In this document: positions 60,653-64,000 of the stretch, piece after piece | Position numbering within the stretch: the stretch's first letter is position 1 | How the letters are laid out: each line of letters starts with the position of its first letter | Source of the DNA: Tubiluchus corallicola | Lineage: Eukaryota > Animalia > Priapulida | NCBI GenBank assembly: GCA_030141605.1 | Contig: JAQGDQ010000297.1 | Location: 1 to 64,000, forward strand | DNA: 64,000 nucleotides | Direction: 5' to 3' | Translations under genes and position numbers: made by a program | Notes under the pieces: model-generated | The model's database searches: none | Told to the model about the DNA's origin: nothing | The model's input: only the letters and a program-made list of their open reading frames with translations

Positions 60653-61579
60653 TATCAGCGAAATTTGATTAATCATGTTTTTATTTGTTATCACACAGCT
60701 TAAGCTGTTTGCATACATGTGCTGTGAATGTTATGATAGAAGGAAACTTGAAGAAAACACAATACAATGATACTGGTTGTTGATGTGATCAAAGTTCTTA
60801 TGTTTTGTATATCAAATATAAGTTGGCGCTTTTGTATGCGGCAGAAGTATGAAAATTATAATGAACCGGTTTGTAAAACTGCATTCACTTAGGTTACAAT
60901 GCTTTATTAACAATACGCAATGAAAATATAAAATGTCACTAAAGACTCTTTTAAAAGAGACGGCAAATAAAACTGATTTCTTCACAAGACTATAACGAAG
61001 TAGCTAAAATAGAATTTAATGCAACCCCTGAAGGTCGAGGTGGTTAGATCTTAGTGAGTGAAAACAGTTTGTCTGCATTCTTCTCAACATGATAAGTAAA
61101 AGCTGTATAGATATTACTAAACAAAGACACCACAATGAAATTTTTATATATTTAAATATTTGAAAAGCAGATAGGTTCGTTCCATTTTTATTTAATGAAC
61201 TCTTACATTCGTATTACATTCGTTTACGGCTGCTTACAAGCATGTGTGGGTTCACCGATGTTGGAAATTTAGCGATAATTCTCGCTTTAATGAAGCTGTA
61301 CAACCTTTTATTAGATTTTTAGCAGAAAATCCGACTTGTTCGACTTTTGAAAAATTTGCTTTGGTAAATCAGTGGTAAATTCCCAAAAGAAGTGCTAATA
61401 TTGGCAGAATACAAGACATATTCGGAATTTCTGAGCAAACTGGAATGCGTCACGAAATTAAGCCTCATAGTTGCTGAATACGCAATAACTCATTCGAGCC
61501 TTAAAAATCAAATCTATCAACTTACAAGTTCCAATCGATGTTAAAATGTAGCGGCAGTTATAATATATTAATTAAATAT

Positions 61580-62475
61580 TTGGCCAAGGCTCGACTTAAA
61601 TCAGTACTCATTTGGGTGTTGTTGTTGTTCTTGTTCTGAGGGATGAACTTTTCAAAAAACTTAAGCTTCCACCAATTCGCTACAGATCGCCATAAAACTT
61701 CATACAAACATAACAGAACGAACTTCTCATCGACTGACGAAGTCGAATTTTCGATCGGCCATTTCGAATTCTAGACGAGGTGATAACGATCTTTTCGTAA
61801 AAAATTAAAGGCTCTGATAATTTGCACTGGATCGTCCTGAAACTTCACACCCAGTACTAGAACGAATTATGCATCGACTGGCAGGGTTGGATTGTCGAGT
61901 TGCCATTTCGAATTCAAGATGACGGAGATGACGTCATTTTTGAAAAAAGTCTAAGGCTCCGCTAATTCGCAATAAATCATGACGAAACTTTAGAGAAATA
62001 TACTAGAACGAATTCTGCAACAACTGACAGAGTCGAATTTTCAGATGGTGGCGATAAGATCATTTTCCAAAATGTCTAAGGCTCCACCAGTTCACAGCAG
62101 ATCATCATGAAACTTTGCAGGAATATACTAGAGGGAATACTGCGTCGACTAACGGAGTTGGATTTTTGTTCCGCCATTGTGATTTCAAGATAGTAGTGAT
62201 AACATCACTGTCAAAAAAGCTTATGGTTTCGCCAATTCGTAAAATTATCTATAAGAAGACCGAATGGATTCCGAAACGACTAAGAGATCCAGGTTTTCGA
62301 TTTTAGGGGTCTGTCAATTCACCCAGGATCATCAAGAACTTTTCTGCATTGACTGGCTGAGTCAGAGTTTCGATGTGCCATCTTGATTTCAAGACGACGA
62401 CATGGTCGTAATTTTTTATCCGCTATCTTGTGTTCAGCAAGCCCTCAACCAGCAGTTCTAGTCGAGCTTTTTATA
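61580..62475. mobile_element. Helentron-associated (HINE/DINE-like) non-autonomous element with internal about 145-bp tandem repeats
   Basis: Subterminal IR AGGCTCGACT (61587) / AGTCGAGCTT (62460), short (GTT)n after the left end, 4-5 diverged units containing GATC..C.TGAAACTT. Confidence 0.65.
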
Positions 62476-63310
62476 TAAGCTTTTCAGAAAAGGAAAATAC
62501 ACATGTGATCAGAAAAAAAGAACAAATTTTAGTGATAAGAAATAACTATTTAGTGACGTTCTTCTTGAAGCAAGTGCGGTTATAGTAAAATGAATTATTT
62601 CTGTTGTTAAAGAAAGGGAAAACGGAAAACAGGATTCTTGAATAACTGTCTTGCACCTAGGAATGCCAGGGTAGAAATATCCATGGGGAGTCGCAGCATT
62701 GGGAATCCCAGGACCGTACCGAGTCAATGTATACTGTTTTCGGACTCCGAGTAAGTAGTTGGCGTTTAAGAACTAAGGAAAAAGTGTAAAGAGAGTATCC
62801 TCTATAAAACAGCGATGAAACAAAATAATATAGCAACAGATATTTGATGAGGAAGACATTACAGAGACAAACACAAATAAAGTTTGACCGGACTAGCAAC
62901 ACGATTTCACGATCTGTGGCTAATGGCAGGAGAGGTAACCCAGATGAGGGTTTATCAAAAATAGTTATTCCGACGTTCGTTGGTCTTTTCTACAGGGATG
63001 TAGCTGGTTTTGTATTCTTGAGACACCCTTGTATGGGTCATTCCTCGAGCATCAGGATTTTTCTGCTACCATATTAGTATGGATTTTAGGACTACACACT
63101 ACACACAGGGGGTAGAAAATGTTGCTTTTTTAAATCCTGGTAGGAGTACACGGGTGCCTGCAGCAGCTTGCAGAGTAAATGCCAAGTTAGAGGAAAGGAA
63201 AAGTCAGTTAGCATGTTACATGGTTCATTTAATTGTCACATAAAGAAGGAAAAATATAACGACGAAATTCGCAAAAAACTATCTATATAACATAAAACTA
63301 ATTTGCACCA

Positions 63311-63796
63311 AAATTGAATTTATTGCTGGCCGGTTTCGAACAAACTGTTCACTGTCAAGGCATTTAAAACAAAGAAATTTACCAGAATTCAGAAACAACA
63401 TCGAAATGCGATTCAGTAGTTGGATAGCCAAATGATATATGATAAACCATTATATAGATAATATAGCAATTTACCTTATATAGCAATACATAGCATTATA
63501 CTCCACAAAGAAACAAACATGTTAGTAGTAACAGAACTGTCAATATTAGGTTGCTGAATTCCACAAAATACTACTAACATGTTTGTGGAGTGTAGCATAG
63601 TTTCATATCAATCAAGATATGTAATCTACAAGGTAAATTGCTAAATTATCTATATAATGGCTTATCATATATCTTTTGGCTATCTAACTACTGAATTGCA
63701 TATCGATGTTGTTTCTAAATTCTGGTAAATTTCTTTGTTTTAGATGCTTTGACAATGAACAGTTTGTTCGAAACCGGTCGGCAATAAATTCAATTT
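63311..63796. mobile_element. Foldback element (about 170-220-bp arms) with Penelope-like hammerhead-type ends
   Basis: Arms are reverse complements; right end TTGACAA-T-GAACA-GTT-TGTTC-GAAA-CCGG-TC then AATAAA. Confidence 0.75.
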
Positions 63797-64000
63797 AGTT
63801 ACATCTATTTGCCAAAAATGGATAATTCAAAACTAATTATATAACTTAATTTATATTTAGACCTAACTGGTGGACTTCGTGACCTTTTGTAAGCGGATCG
63901 TGAATTTCCGTAAGCGCGCGAAACTGATTCCAACTTCTGCAAAAATGTAACAAAAGTAGCTAAGTAATTTTCTGTAAAAACTTATTATACTTTTGAAGGA

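Noticed and set aside
62509-63077. Short overlapping ORFs, including an ILFSDS RNase H-like snippet
   Set aside because: No sustained similarity in any frame.

Overview
AT-rich animal (invertebrate) genomic DNA with spliceosomal GT-AG introns; no prokaryotic features. Four multi-exon genes could be assembled by hand. (1) + strand, about 4.1/7.3-10.7 kb: a divergent R-SMAD-derived protein with an MH2 domain only, no MH1 in the window, no C-terminal SSxS and a remodelled L3 loop. (2) - strand, 14739-23613: neuralized E3 ligase (2 NHR + RING, 749 aa), with a candidate alternative myristoylation/polybasic first exon at 27.8 kb. (3) + strand, 32023-33132: a small secreted Gly/Tyr/His/Asn-rich structural-type protein. 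(4) - strand, 40628 to beyond 58282: a GPI-anchored 3-Ig DIP/Lachesin/IgLON-family adhesion protein whose 5' end was not found. A disrupted C-type lectin exon sits antisense in a SMAD intron, and a near-perfect pre-miRNA-sized hairpin follows the SMAD stop. The remainder holds LINE fragments, tRNA-derived SINEs, a hAT-type MITE pair, Penelope-like foldbacks with hammerhead-like cores, a Helentron-type element and many micro/minisatellites. Most ORFs in the supplied track are repeat artefacts. All calls are by eye; no searches were run.
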